Translations under genes and position numbers: made by a program
Shown here: positions 36,569-50,530 of the stretch, piece by piece
Numbering within the stretch: position 1 is the stretch's first letter
How the letters are laid out: each line of letters begins with the position of its first letter
Notes under the pieces: model-generated
Seen by the model: the letters and a program-made list of their open reading frames with translations, nothing else
What the model was told of the DNA's origin: nothing
The model's database searches: none
From: Octopus vulgaris
Lineage: Eukaryota
Assembly: GCA_951406725.2 (NCBI GenBank)
Contig: OX597814.1
Span: forward strand, 200,632,001-200,696,000
Direction of reading: 5' to 3'
Length of the DNA stretch: 64,000 nucleotides

Positions 36569-37422
36569 CATGGTGTTCCGATAAATTGGATGAACTTTTA
36601 TGTTCACTTTTCTCGAGGACAGCTTGATGTATCGGTGAAGAGTGTTGGAGAGCATAAGAATTGAAGTTGTAGCTGAGAAAAAGTTAGCTGACATAGAAGA
36701 CTGGAAGTCATCTGAAAGTGTTACCTGTATCATGATATTTTATGATGGGTGTTAAAATGCTGACAATATGACTGCTGTTCAATGCTTTGTGAACACTATA
36801 AAGACTGTAAGCCATGACATGGTGAGCTGCAGTGGAGACAATGAGGCTGTGACCAGCAGGAAGGGACACAGTAGGCATTCTGGCAGTGTCCAGATGCCAG
36901 AATTCATCCAACAGCTGATGAATAGGGGCCTTAGGTTCAGTTCAGGTTATGTGAAACTGCTGGAGAGGATTGCTGCTGGAAGGCCATATGTGTGGCAGCA
37001 GGATTTGGATCCTTACCATACCTCCTGGAAGCATCTGAGGTAGCTGTTATAAAACTCACCAACCCTAATTTCCAGCCTCCTAATTACCCCAATTGTAATG
37101 TCATAGATTATTATGCATGGGGTGTTGCTGAAAACGAAACCTAGCACCACCTGCAACACCAAGGTTGGACTGATGGCCAAGATCAAGGAACTGTTTGATG
37201 ATCTTCCCAGGGATTCAGCAAGGAATGCATGTGCCAGGTTTCAGAGTTGTCTTGAGGCCATGATGGAAACTGGGGATGGCTACTTTGAGTATACTGTTAT
37301 CTCCCAGCCATAATCTACAGTAGTTGATGTTTTATTACTTTTTAAAATACTTTTATTTCTGGATGGAATATTGTTATTTTTTTTTCCTTTAGGCAAACTG
37401 TGAAATTTAGCTTGAACACCAA
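36569..37422 (+). mobile_element. Internally deleted DD37D (maT-like) transposon, different family from 3670-4795
   Basis: Motifs GRPYVWQQD..PYHTS, PPNYPNCNVIDYYAWG and CNTK..LMAKIKE..NACARFQSCLEAMMETGDGYFE; degenerate GGTGTTC TIR remnants. Confidence 0.75.
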
Positions 37423-38924
37423 GCAGCTACTACACAGAAGTATCCCTCATTGTTTTATACATACACAAATACACTTGAATGAGTGTTGAGGGTGATTTGG
37501 CTGCTATTGCCAACAGAATAGGTACCTTGCGTTTCACAGCAATCTATATACAATAGTATTGCTTAGCTATTTGCATATTCGTGTATTATCTGTTGGCTTT
37601 GTTTCTGCCATTTTCTATTCCGTGCAAATCCAGAGCTTTCTTACAAATAATGTCATGCATTTTTCCAGAATGAGCATAAGCAAAAATGCGTTGTTTTCCA
37701 AGTTTCGTACGCACAACATAAAATTCTTAATGCAAAAAGAAACAATGTTCTTCCAGTTGTTGAGCAGCAACAGATAAAATTTGACCCTGTGATTTATTTA
37801 TGGACATAAAAAGCTAAGTTATCATAGCAGCTCCTTCCATGAGAACAACCAGTCTGAACATGATACAAGGCATTTAATCTATAAACCACCAGTCCAGTGC
37901 CATTACATTACTTAAGCTGGTAAAGATTTCATAGTTATATGATGATGGCTCTTACTTGTAACAGATTTTGGTGTTGATGGAAGCTCAAAAGATTCCAAAA
38001 AATTTAGGAATTTAGTACGTTAGTTGACAGTTATGCAAGGTCTTCTGATCAATAATTTAATGTTTACACTGTTGACAGTGATTAGTATTTTGTGCAAGTA
38101 TAGTCATTTTAGAGTTGTTAGTTTTGAAAATTTGAGAATATATTTTTGATACTAGTTCATCAACTGACAGAACTGACATACTAATTAGAGATGAACCTAA
38201 ACAAGTATTTTTTTTTAGTTGTTTTCTACTTAGATTTGTAAAAGTAGAATACTTTATTTTCTTCAGATAGTTTTGGCTTTAAACATTCAACAGGTGACAT
38301 ATAATTCTCTCTCTCTTTCTGTGCATCTGTGTGAGAGAGGGAAAGAGACAAGCTGATGATGGGAGTGAGAAAGATTTCTCTTCATGCTTCTCCTACTCTT
38401 TTCAAACTGTGTCTCTTTTTTCATAACATAAATGACCAAATTCAATTTCATAAGTATCTTATTTAAAGCTAAGTAAAACTTAACTCAAGCCTAAATAAAC
38501 TACTAATTACATTTCAAAGCTTTAACTAAGATACCCACAAAACTCAATAATCTATGTTTCTTTAATATTGGTTTCAAATTTTGGCACAAGCCAGCAATTT
38601 TGGGGAAGTGGGGCAAGTCAACCAGTACTTATTTTATCAACCCCAAAATGATGAAAGGTAAAACTGATGTCAGTGGAATTTGAACGCAACAAAAAGCCAG
38701 ATGAAATATCACTGATGTTCATTTAATATTATAAACATGATATATTCTACCACGTTGTTTATTTGGTATCAAAGTCTCAGTCGAGAGGGCATCTTAATGC
38801 AAAATAGTAGAATGAATTGATAACAATAGACAGATTATATGTGAAAGTATATTCCAGAATTAAGACATAAAAAAGGCAAAAGTATATCCAGAACTATATC
38901 CAGAGCTGACTTCCATATTAGCTA

Positions 38925-39130
38925 TATTTCTACTCTAGGCACAAAGCCTGAAATTTTGGGGGAGGGGGCCAGTCGATTAGATCAACCCCTGCATGTAACT
39001 GGTACTTAATTTTATCGACCCCAAAAGGATGAAAGGCAAAGTCGATCTCAGCAGAATATGAATTCAGAATGTGAAGACAGACAAAATACGGCTAAGCATT
39101 TCACCTAAGTGTGCTAGTGTTTTCTGCCAG
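38925..39130 (-). mobile_element. Deu/Nin-domain-type SINE
   Basis: Reverse complement of GACTTTGCCTTTCATCCTTTTGGGGTCGATAAA; matches 53284-53495. Confidence 0.8.
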
Positions 39131-41368
39131 CAAAAATATAGCAAGTCATCAATTTTTTTTTTTTTTCGTTGTACCACATAGCTGAAAATACTTTTGAGTC
39201 CCAATGATTAAAAAAAAAAAAGAAAAAGAAAATACTAACTATAGTTTTATGTGCAAATTTGTTACAAGACAAAATCATCCATCATTTTTTTTTCGTTCCA
39301 GGAATGACCTCAGTGGCTGTTTTTGTGCTTTTAAGTGGACAAAATAAATTTTGTCTATGATATTTGTGGTACCTTAAATTTTAATGTCTCAGTCAATCAC
39401 AGTTTCCCTAGTGTATAGTGCTGATGCATATCAAAGTATGTAGGCATCAGTTAAAAAACTAAAATTAGTACTCTTCAAATGAAATATTTTGACATATTTA
39501 TTCTGTACAACATTAGAGACATTCCCTTATCAATCTCACTACCAGAAAGAAAGTGAACCAGAGATTGTCCTATTGTAATACTAGCAACCAACATGATTAG
39601 TGTTCACAAAATGCAATACAAAATATCAATAAATATGCTGTTCTATGAGCAGAAAGTCCTCAACTAGAAGCAACATTAATAATTTACTGCAAAACAGGGA
39701 TAGTTTATATCAGGCAGTAAACAAAGTAAACAAATATTTTGACTCATTCTCAATGTCTATTTGAAAGAAAAAGATTTGTTATCTCATCATACATCAATTC
39801 AGACATATTTTAGGGTAAATCAGATATAATTATTAAAGTCAACTAAATTGAAATTCTCTGAGTATTTTTTCATTTCTTTTTTTTTTCCCCCTTATCATAT
39901 GATGTTCATTAGAAACAGTCAATGATCATACTCTGCTTTGTGTAATTTCACCTTAGCTTTCATATCAGATTTATTGAACAACCAAATTGTGGTAAACACA
40001 GCTGTATTTGAGAATTCATTAGTGTTTGCTTCTTTCTTCATTTAATTATATATTTTTTAATTTCCATTTAGTTGTTTGTTCTTTCACCAGATGTCAATCT
40101 CTTATTAGCATTGCTAGCCTTTAATCAGTACTATCTAGACTATTGATAATAGCTGCTCAATAATACCATATATTTAACCTTATATCTAAGACTTCTTTTG
40201 AAATAAAAAGTCCCTAACAATATTGGTTGATGCAACCAAAAATAAGTTAAAAAAGATTATGTCAAAAAAACTAAGAGCATACCTGTATTTTGATTAAGGA
40301 CACAAAACTAGAGGTAGAAAAAACAAACAACTGGAACCTCCATGTGACCATTCACCAAGCTGATAAAATATAAAATAGCAACCAAATTTTTAAATTCAGA
40401 ATCTATCAACAGACCAAGAGTAGATCATTGATCAGATCTCAAATAGTAATGAATGGACTTTAACAAGCCTAAATGATCGATTGCCCAAAGGATTAACCAA
40501 ATAATTGATTAGTTAATTAGTTATTTAACCAATTGACAAAAAAATAATAAAATTAAATAGAGCTACTGCTTATGTTTAGTATTGGCATGACTCTCCTGAC
40601 ATGGAGAAACAAAAAAAAAAAGGGAAAGGTCACTAAACAATGTAAAATCCAATATATATTGAAAAAACAAAGTCGATATAGCAGAAATACATCTGATCAT
40701 AAGTTTGCTTCATTAAGGCTAACCCAATCAAGCAACAGCTAATTATTTTACATTTACTTTTCATACTACATTATTATGAATTACAAATAACATAGCTTTC
40801 TATTATATAACAAATGAGTTCTAAAATGACTGCAAGAAATTTTGAGAGTTAATATACTTGAATGCTAGACAGAAAATATAGAATGGTTATTACAGTGAAA
40901 TGGCTACAGCTGAAGTCAAAGTCATTTGATAGATACTAGAAAAAATACTCTGGATTTATATCTAAAAGGAAAATAGAATATATAATTAATGTTTACAAGT
41001 GTTAAGAATTTAACAGGAAATTATAATGTTTTATTGGTATTTCATATTTATTTTAGCTACAAAATGTATATATCAATATTATCAATTATTATCTTTCTAC
41101 TTTCAAGTGTTAAAATATTTATGATATTCTTTATGAAATCAAGAATTAAAATTTTGTGAGATATTTTAGCATCCATGTATACATATACACATACATATGT
41201 ATATATGTGTATGAGTTGTGTGTATCACCAGAGTTTTAGTATCTTCATGTATAGGTCGGACAGAATTCACTGAAGCAAATTTTCTACAGCTGAATACCCT
41301 TCCTGTCACTCATCATCACCAGTTTCCAAACAAGTCTATGAAACAATGAAAAACCCAGAGCTAGTTAA

Positions 41369-41588
41369 CCCTTTCGTTACTGTATTTATTTTGAGATGCT
41401 CTGTGTTTCTTTCAATTATTTTAAATATAACAAAGAATTTAGTAAAATAACTTAGTTATCATTAAGCTAGTGTTAGGAACGTAAATTGTGACTAAGGCTT
41501 GGTGGAATATTCTAATTCAAAACTTATGAAAACAAGACATTTTACCAAAGAACCAAAGCTTGTTTTGGCCGGGTTAGTAACAAATGGG
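41369..41588. mobile_element. piggyBac-type MITE
   Basis: TTAA|CCCTTTCGTTAC...GTAACAAATGGG|TTAA; homologous to 30786-31007. Confidence 0.85.
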
Positions 41589-44119
41589 TTAATGTCCTTT
41601 TTCGAGTACAAAGATCATACATGTCAAGAAGGCCGGATGCATTTTCATAATTCACTGTGGAGCAGATGACATTACCTGTATTGACAGAGAAACTGTTGTT
41701 TGTTTAAGTCAGCAAACACATACAGGAGAAATATGAAATCACTCAGGATACACATAAATACGAGCATGCATGCACGTACACACACATTTTAATCAGCTGT
41801 AAAATACATACGTAACTCAAGGATTGACTGTTTCATGTATTGTACTTATGAAACTTAAAAATCATGAATTCACTCATTAAGTAAGAGTAAATTACCATTT
41901 TTTCCAGAATTCTCAATCAAAATTTGTTACTGGAATATTACAGCTTCGCTTAGAAAACTTCAGTGCATGACAAATCATTCAAGGTTCTTCAGTAATTCTT
42001 ACATTTCATAAGAAATAACTAATCTCTGTTTAGTTTAGAGTTGCCCTCTACAGTGGCAGTTTGGATTACCTTGCTATGAACCCAAATCTTGCAGAGCCTA
42101 GCTTGCCAGTTATTTTCCTCCAAACATTCACAAAGAAAATCCAAGTAGATGTAACAGTATTATCAAGATGTCATGGTTAATGCATCAAAGTTTGCCACGA
42201 CTACAATTTCACAAGACCCATCAAGCCAAGTGAAATTGTAGTCATGCCAGATACTGGTATCACACAACTGGCATCCATTACACTCTTGGAGTGACTGGCA
42301 TTAGGAAGGGCATCCAGCCATAGAGATCACGTCAAATCAGACAGGAGTCTGGTGGAGCCCCTCAGCTTACCAGCCCTGGTTAAATTGTCCTACTCATGCC
42401 AGCATAGACAAATGGATGCTAAATGATGATGACATGTAATATTAAGAGTCCCAAGATCATAGAAGATCTCAGTCCATTTGAAACTTTAATAAATTCAATC
42501 AAATAAGATTCAGTAGCTTATGTCTGTTATAAACACCTTAAGCTTCTTTGACACTGTTGTATTCTTCAACGTGTTTAAATTCAAGAGTTGTATATTGGAA
42601 CTTCAATATGATTCTGGTTTTTCTTAATTTTGCATCAAGACGATTGTCAGTTCTGAACACCTTTCACACCTCTTCTCAACTGGAGAGATACATAGAAATC
42701 TGGGCAACTAACACTGGAGTTGTTTTCCTTCTTCCACAAAACATCTAGTCATTACCCCACATACTCACACATCATACATACAAACGCAAGTGCATACACA
42801 AACACACATTCATGTGTGTGTTCCACTGAAAGTATTCTTTCCAAAATATTTCTCATAGACATCAAATACTTTCCTATGTAACAACAAGCCCACGGAGAAA
42901 GAAAGAGCCATGAATTTTGATGTTCAAAAATAGGGATGTGATCTCAAAGAATGTAACTAATCTAATATACTAAGATTCACTTCACAATATTTTGAAAGTT
43001 TGAGGCCAGTACAGATAATGTTAAAGCAATGTTCTTTTTGTCTTCCTCTCTCACACACAGCTGTTCCACATATCTATACAGCCAGTGGCACAAGAAAAGC
43101 ATCCAGTACAAACAATAAATTGGTTGGCATTAAGAAAGGAATCCAGCCATAGAAACTATAGCAAAATTGACACTGGAGTATGACGCAGCCCTCTGGCTCA
43201 CTGGACCCTGTCAGACTGTCCAACCCATGCCAGCATAAAAAATTGACAATTTTGAACTGTTTAAAATTTTGTATATCACATGTATTGCTCCTGGATTTAT
43301 CCAATCCATCAGCACTGGAAAACAGACTGAAAAAATTGAATAGGAATATAAGTTTTTTGTTTTATATAATCTTTTATCAAAATCACTACCAAAAAATTTC
43401 ATTTTGTCAACAAACAAAAAATAATCCGTAAGTTTATTTCCTTCAAACTTTGGCAAATGGACTTCTTCTGAAAACAATGAATAGAGAGACTACATGATGC
43501 AAAATGCTGAAATATAAGAAAATTGTGTGAACATTTTATTTTCAGAGCTTAGTTCCAGAAAGTATAAATAAAAATGTTACTGAATATTTTTTTAACAAAA
43601 TCTAAACTAAATAATTTTAGTTTAGAGCAGTGGTTTTGGCAGAATTGGTAGTGTGCAAAAAAATTGTGATATTTAGTTACACTTCTTTACATTTTGATGT
43701 TGTATCCTACCTGTGTCAACTATGCCTTTCATCCTTCAGGACTCAGTAACATAAGTACCAGCAAAGTACTAAGATCAATATAATCGATATAACATAAATA
43801 CCAGAGAAGTATATAATCAACTATACCCTTCTCAGAAACCTGAGCTCTTGTTCATATGTAAGAAATCAATATTTAAGAAATGTGCAAATTGTTTTTGTCT
43901 TTTCATTCCACTGTAACAAAAATATATGTTTTATTACATAAATCAATTCACAATTATTTTTCCATGCTCTGGGGAATGGGATCGATTTTGAAAATGTGAC
44001 TTTTGCTACATTGATTTTATGATTGAATATCAACCTAAAACTAAAACTTAATAGTGAAATAAGAGTGGAATCTGTTATCATCTAGGCAGACTGAGGCAAA
44101 TAGAACTAACCATATAGTC

Positions 44120-44425
44120 AAAAACATCTTATCTTGTATCAGTCATTAAACTGCAACCATCCTGAATGAATTGACATTTTTTTTTAAAAGCCAGGTACTT
44201 ATTCTATCAGTCTCCTTTGCCAGACCACTAAGTTACAAGAACATAAACACACCAAGTGGTGGTAGAGCAAAAACAAAGACACACACACACATGTCTGACA
44301 GGCTTCTTTCAGTTTATGTCTACCGAATTCACTATAACCTGAGATTATAGTAGAAGACACTTGCCCAAGGCGCTACATAGTGGGACTGAATTCAGAACCA
44401 TGTGCTTGGGAAGCAAGCTTCTTAA
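44120..44425 (-). mobile_element. CORE-type SINE (degenerate)
   Basis: GAAGACACTTGCCCAAGG...GGGACTGAA...GGAAGCAAGCTTCT is the reverse complement of the head. Confidence 0.75.
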
Positions 44426-44574
44426 TGATGTGTTTTGTTTTCAATAAAATTATGTTTATTTCTAATAATTACAGTTTAAGTATAAGAATTCATTCACTTC
44501 AGTTACACATTTTTTATGTACAAATTTGCTTTCATAACAGCTCATTAAATGTACAAAATATTTTATTTTTTTAT

Positions 44575-45725
44575 ATAAACAAAATCTGGAACCAAAGGAC
44601 CTTAAAGTTAACCTAGCTAAAACCAAAGGTGTTGTTAGTAAGAAAGAAGACAAAATTCTCTTTCTGTCATGTAAATGGCCCTGCTTAATATCTTTTACTG
44701 GTTTCACCTCAGGGCTGAGGTCATGCCAGTGCACCACCTGTAATACGTAGGAAAGGAGTTGGAAGTAATCCTATTCACTGCACCCAGTGTAAACTATGGA
44801 CACATAAGAGGTGCAGTGCAATCACAGGTAGATTAACAGATAAGATCATCTTTGTATGTGGCAGATGTGCAGGAACAATAAGCACTAAGAGCACATGGGA
44901 CTTAGATTCTCTCAAATTCCCAGGAGGTCCTCTTCAGGTTGTAGATAGTTTCTGTTACGTCACATTTCCTCCTTCATACACTATGCCTATCTCTCACTCC
45001 CAAATCCTGTCCTCATGACCCTATTCTTCTGTATCATTGTTATCCGGTAGCCCCACGACTATATATACCCAGTATTTTGCCACTCACTCCCCCTCCTCTG
45101 CACTCTTTAATCACACTTCCTTTGCAATATCCTGCCACTTATACGTATTATGGCTTTCAAGGGTATGCACTTGCCACCATCTATATCTCTCTCTTCCTTT
45201 ACTCAACCATCCCATTTATATTCTGATCCCCTGTCCCTTGTATGCCCACTGTTTCGCCATCTCTATCCAACTGTCTCCCACTTTCTCTTTCCTTCTCCTG
45301 CACTTTCCTCGGGTTGGGTAAGCATGTATTTTCTTTGCAGTAGTGCACCTGTTTGTCTTTATTTCTGATCTCTCTCTCTCTCTCTCCGGACAGGTAACCT
45401 TGTACTTCCTCTTCAGCTAGACACCCATTTCTGTGTCTCTATAACCTTTCATAATCTGACCCAAGATCACCTCCTGCAATGCCCCCTCCCCTCTTGAAAG
45501 TTGTTCTTTTCGTCTTGCAACTACTTGGTGACCCTGGCAGTGCAGGTGCCACTTAAAAAGTGACCAGTCCACACTATAAATTGGTTGGTGTTCGGAAGGG
45601 CATCCAGCTGTAAAAATCCTGCCAAAACAGTCACAGAAGTCTGGTGCAGGTTTCTGCCTGGCTGGCTCTTATGAAACTTTCCCACCCATGCTAGCAGGGA
45701 GGGCAGGCATTAAACAATGATGATG
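44575..45725 (+). mobile_element. RTE LINE fragment (Cys-rich region), pyrimidine-rich segment and tail
   Basis: RKGVGSNPIHCTQCKLWTHKRCSAITGRL...FVCGRC at ~44750-44870; tail at 45540-45725. Confidence 0.8.
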
Positions 45726-48443
45726 GTTGCAATATATCAAATAAAAACTATCTTAAACTGTTTAGAATTTTATAAAACAAGTAGAAAAATACCTTAAAAA
45801 GAAAATAGAAAATTACATTGTTTAACAGATAGAAGAAAGAAACATGATGTATATAGTCATTAAAAGACATGACTTTGTAAGTAAATGGAAATCATCATTA
45901 TTTAAGAGAACATTTTTAAATAGCCAGAAATGTGTCACTTGCCAAATCAAATTCATAATTAATATAAACCTATGAGCCAAGAAGTGACTAAGACTGTTGG
46001 ATAGCAAAATCATTTAATAAGGAATGTCAGAGTCAATTCTATCAACTGATACCCTTGTTTAATTGTTTTAATTTAGTTGTTACAACCCACAGTAATTATC
46101 TTTCCATGACTTAATTTATTGTAACCTTTTTGTTGAACTGAAATTGCATATCGTTTGCTATTCTATTAAATATGGTTAAATTATGAGATTGTAAGGGTGG
46201 CTTTTAGCTGGAATAATTTCAGTGGCTATCTTAATATGAGAAGGACCATAGGTTGTTGAAATACAGTGAATGCCTATAATTAAGAATTGTTTTCATTATT
46301 CTACGCTTATATACAATAAGTGAAGAATAGAATAAGTGAATAGTAGATATTACAGCTATTTAGAATTCAATAAGAGAAAATTGAGAGATAAGGTACTGAT
46401 GGCAGACAACATAAATTCTGATATTAGAATTTTGCTCCAACGATTTCATCCTAAATGGCTACAAATATGTACCAAACTGAGTGCTAGAATATTTGGTTCT
46501 AATACTACTAATAATACAAAGCATGAGACCAAATGTTTCACAGTACTTGTCTAAGTTCAAATCTTGTTATTGTTGTGTGAAAAGATCGCCTACTGTGCAT
46601 ACCTATTCCAGAGAAATTAATATTAATTTAAATTAATGAGGTGGTTAATTTAGGAAAGTGAATAGGGCAAACCCATCAGAGTGCTAGAATAATATTGTAC
46701 GTGAATTTATTATCAACTTTGTAGGTTCTAATTTAGAAACCAGAAAGTCAGAACTAAATTAGCAAAGACCTAACCAAGTCAAAAGTGTGCGTGTGTGTGC
46801 ATGCATGCATGCATGCAAGCGTGTTCTCTTGTTTTGACATCATGTGGTGGTTGTATACAAGCATTATCATTCAAATAATATTTGTTTCCAGTCTTCAATG
46901 AAAAACGTGTCTAGCCATGGAAAAATATTACTTGCTTGGAAACAGAGGATTGGCAACAGGAAGGGCATCTGGCCATAGAAAATTTGATTCAATGAATTCT
47001 GACTGACCCAAGCAAGGCATGGACGGGTGAACACTAAAATGATGATGAGTATATGAGAGTGTGATTGCAAACTACAGCTAAGATAACAAAGATCTATTAG
47101 TTTGCATGGATGTTAAATTCATAAACCAAAGATATCTCACAGAACAATTGTAATTTCTTTCACTTTAGTACTTTTCCAATGTCCCCTTATAAAATACTTC
47201 CAATCAAACATTTCTGAAATGAAAAATCCATTAGATATTTATTTTAAGTAGAATTAGAAGAACTTGGTTTTTGATTAGAAAAACTAGAGGAAGAAAAAAA
47301 TTCATAAGAAGTATGAATGTTACTTGCCAAAAATACAAGAGGTTGTTTAACCACTGAACATTCCATCTTTACTTCAGTGTATCTAAGTCTAGTATATGTG
47401 TCTTTTCCTTATCTAAGACAGTGTAATATGATTTGAAAGAGATCTGACTGCTATTTCAAGCAGGTCAGATAACTGCATCAAGTCATTTCCATTAGCTTAA
47501 CATAACTTACAACGGATTATGAAAAGGTCTTGATAGCCTATTCAGAGTGAGTTTCACTAGGAATGGAAATATATGACTGCATGTTTTGTCTTTAAGATCA
47601 TATATCCATGCATACATGCATGGTCAAAAGAATACTGATGTAACTTAAAATGGCCAGCAAGTTAAAACAAAACCAACCACATTTTGTGTGGGATCATGAG
47701 GAACATATGTTCTGTTGTGAAAATCAGCTACCCTCCAAACACTAATGTAGTTAGAAAAATACAAGAGAATGTGGACATCTATGAACCAATGACAAGGAGT
47801 TTGTGAACCCAATGCCAAAGATACACTTTCAGCTTCATAACTATTATTATTGGAGCAACAGGATACATACCAACCTGCCTGTATGGCTGAACTTGAGTTC
47901 TTGATGAGAGAGAAAATCCTCACTTCATATGCTACAAATGACCTTGATGTCTGAGATTATCAAAATGAGCAAAAACCTTAAGATTTAAAGGATGACAGTT
48001 AAAACAAGATGTTTTCCTTCACAACCTTGCTACCAAGCAGGCGGCCAGTCAAAATTTATTCTAAATTAAAAAGAGAACTAACACACACACACATAGAACC
48101 ATTTGACTTAAAATCTGATTATGTAGACATGTTCTTTCCTTGCAAAACTAAGTAATGTGGAACTGACTCAAATTTGTATTAAATACATTTAACTCCAATT
48201 AAATTTTGTTAAATGTTGCTTTATTTTGGTTGTTCACTCATTCATGTGAGTGTATATTCTTTTTGAAGATCAATGCTAAAAATCATATTCAAATCTTTAT
48301 TGTGTCGTAATAAAATATTTCTTTGAACGTAGTTTAATCATTTAAAAATTCAGCAACTACTTGTATAAAGCAAAATACTTTTTTTTACATAGATCAGAAG
48401 TAAGAATTTAGGTAATTATGTTTGCAACATATTAATATCTATG

Positions 48444-48475
48444 TAGACTGTAAATAATTATATTCTTACTCACTA

Positions 48476-48512
<37 letters not shown>

Positions 48513-48538
48513 TGTAAATAATTATATTCTTACTCACT
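48444..48538. repeat. 31 bp direct repeat flanking (TA)n
   Basis: TAGACTGTAAATAATTATATTCTTACTCACT at 48444-48474 and 48508-48538. Confidence 0.9.
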
Positions 48539-50154
48539 TATATTATTGAAGCTTTGTTCAATAACTGTGATATTTTTTACATTGAGTACCTTCTCTTGGT
48601 TTCATTGGAGTCAATGAACAGATAAATTTTGCATATTCTAAAAAGCTTCTTAGTAAACACTTTATAATAAATTCACATCTAATAAATTCACATCAAGCTT
48701 CGCAATTTAGCTGTCATTTTGATACTTTTATATGCACAGTTAACCATAAAATCTTTTTCTATGCAAAGAATAAAATCTGTAACAAATTAGAATCAATGAT
48801 TTTACAACCTCTTAGATTTTTCTAAAACTAAATTTGTTTGCATTAAAATACCTAGCCAATTTTCTTTGAAAATTGCCTTTAATTCATAGGTATTTCAATT
48901 AGCATCTGAATGGATGACACTTTAATTTTTATTATCATTAAGAAGTAGATTGAGCAAAGCAAGTTATTTACTGAGGATTCAATGGAGAACCCAAATTATC
49001 TTTTATGCATCAATTCTTTCTCTTTTTTTATGATTTGTATAGTATTCACATGAAACTAATTCTTTTTCATTTTAGCTTTTAGGTTTAAAATAAAACACAT
49101 TGTCTGCATTTTAAACAAATGTTGACAATTAGTAGAATGCCATTTTAAACTTGAGTTGATTTCAAGAATGTTTGAGAATCGAGGAAAATGCTCACAATAT
49201 TGATCAAATCTGAACAACTTTACAAGCAACATGCAAAATTGATGTCTCATTTTAAGAGTTAATGAACTTTTATGACTAATGTCAAAATACTATCTGAAGT
49301 CTGAAAATTTTGCTTTTGTTTAGCATCTGACCAAAACATAAAATTGATCTCTTGCTAATAATTTGGCAAGTGTTATTCCATTTATTAAAATACTTAAAAG
49401 AGACTAGTTTTCACAATAGTAAATGAAGGTTTCCTTTATGAATTTGTCAATGAAGCCTAAAATTATAAAAGCTAGTTTGATTGACCTGGCTCTTAGTTTT
49501 CTTTCTACTGGTAGCTTGTAAACACTACCAATTTAATGTGCTACCAATATAAATTACATTTTAGCATCCTAACTGACAATGGAAACCATAGAAGGGTGAA
49601 TGACCTGCTAGAAATATCAGCCAAATCTACCTTAAAAACACACCTTAACTTAAGAAAAAGAGGACACATTAGATAATAGTTCTAAACAGATTGTAAAACA
49701 GGACATCAAGACGAGATTACCTAAATGGAATATCTAGGCATCAGAGCTGTCCTGGGGCTAAACAAACATTTTGATACCAATATAATCATCTCTCTCATAC
49801 ATACACACTCATGCACGCACCAATACTCAATTTATCAATTTCTTAATGTTATCTAATTTGTAGCACACAACCAATAATACATACTTCACTACTTCATTAT
49901 CTGTGAGACTTATGAAAGATTCTTGTCAAAATTATAGTAGCAATTATATCATTAGATAGACCAACTTCCAAATCCTTACAAGTTAGAGAAATCCTAAAAC
50001 ACTGCATAAATTTTATTGTCTAAAAGTTTGACCCATAAGATAAGTTTTCTACTTCATCTATATACTGTACTTGTTCTTATAGTAGCTAATATTTTTAAGT
50101 TTTATTTATGTAGAGCTTTGAATTAAGCTGAAAGTCAATGCTAATGTATGCAAC

Positions 50155-50530
50155 ATCATCATCATTTAACATCTGTTGTCCATGCTGGCATAGGTTGGAC
50201 AGTTGGAACATGGCTGGTAAGCTGAGGGGCTGCACCAGACTCCAGTCTGGTTTGGCACGGTTTCTACAGCTGGATGTCCTTCCTAAAGTCAACCACTCCA
50301 AGAGCATAATGGGTGCTTTTATGCGACGCCAACATGGGTACCAGTTGCATGACATCAGTATCTGCCACAACTATGATTTCACTTGGCATCATTAGTCTTC
50401 TTCTCAAGCACAGCATATTGCCAAAGGTTTTGGTCATTTGACATTGCCTCCATGAGGTCCAATGCTCAAAAGGTACTTTTTATATGCCACTGGCACGGCT
50501 GCCAGTTACATGACACCAGCATTGGCCACA
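50155..50530 (-). mobile_element. RTE-type tail repeat
   Basis: CATCATCATCATTTAACATCTG...CTGGATGTCCTTCCTAA. Confidence 0.75.
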
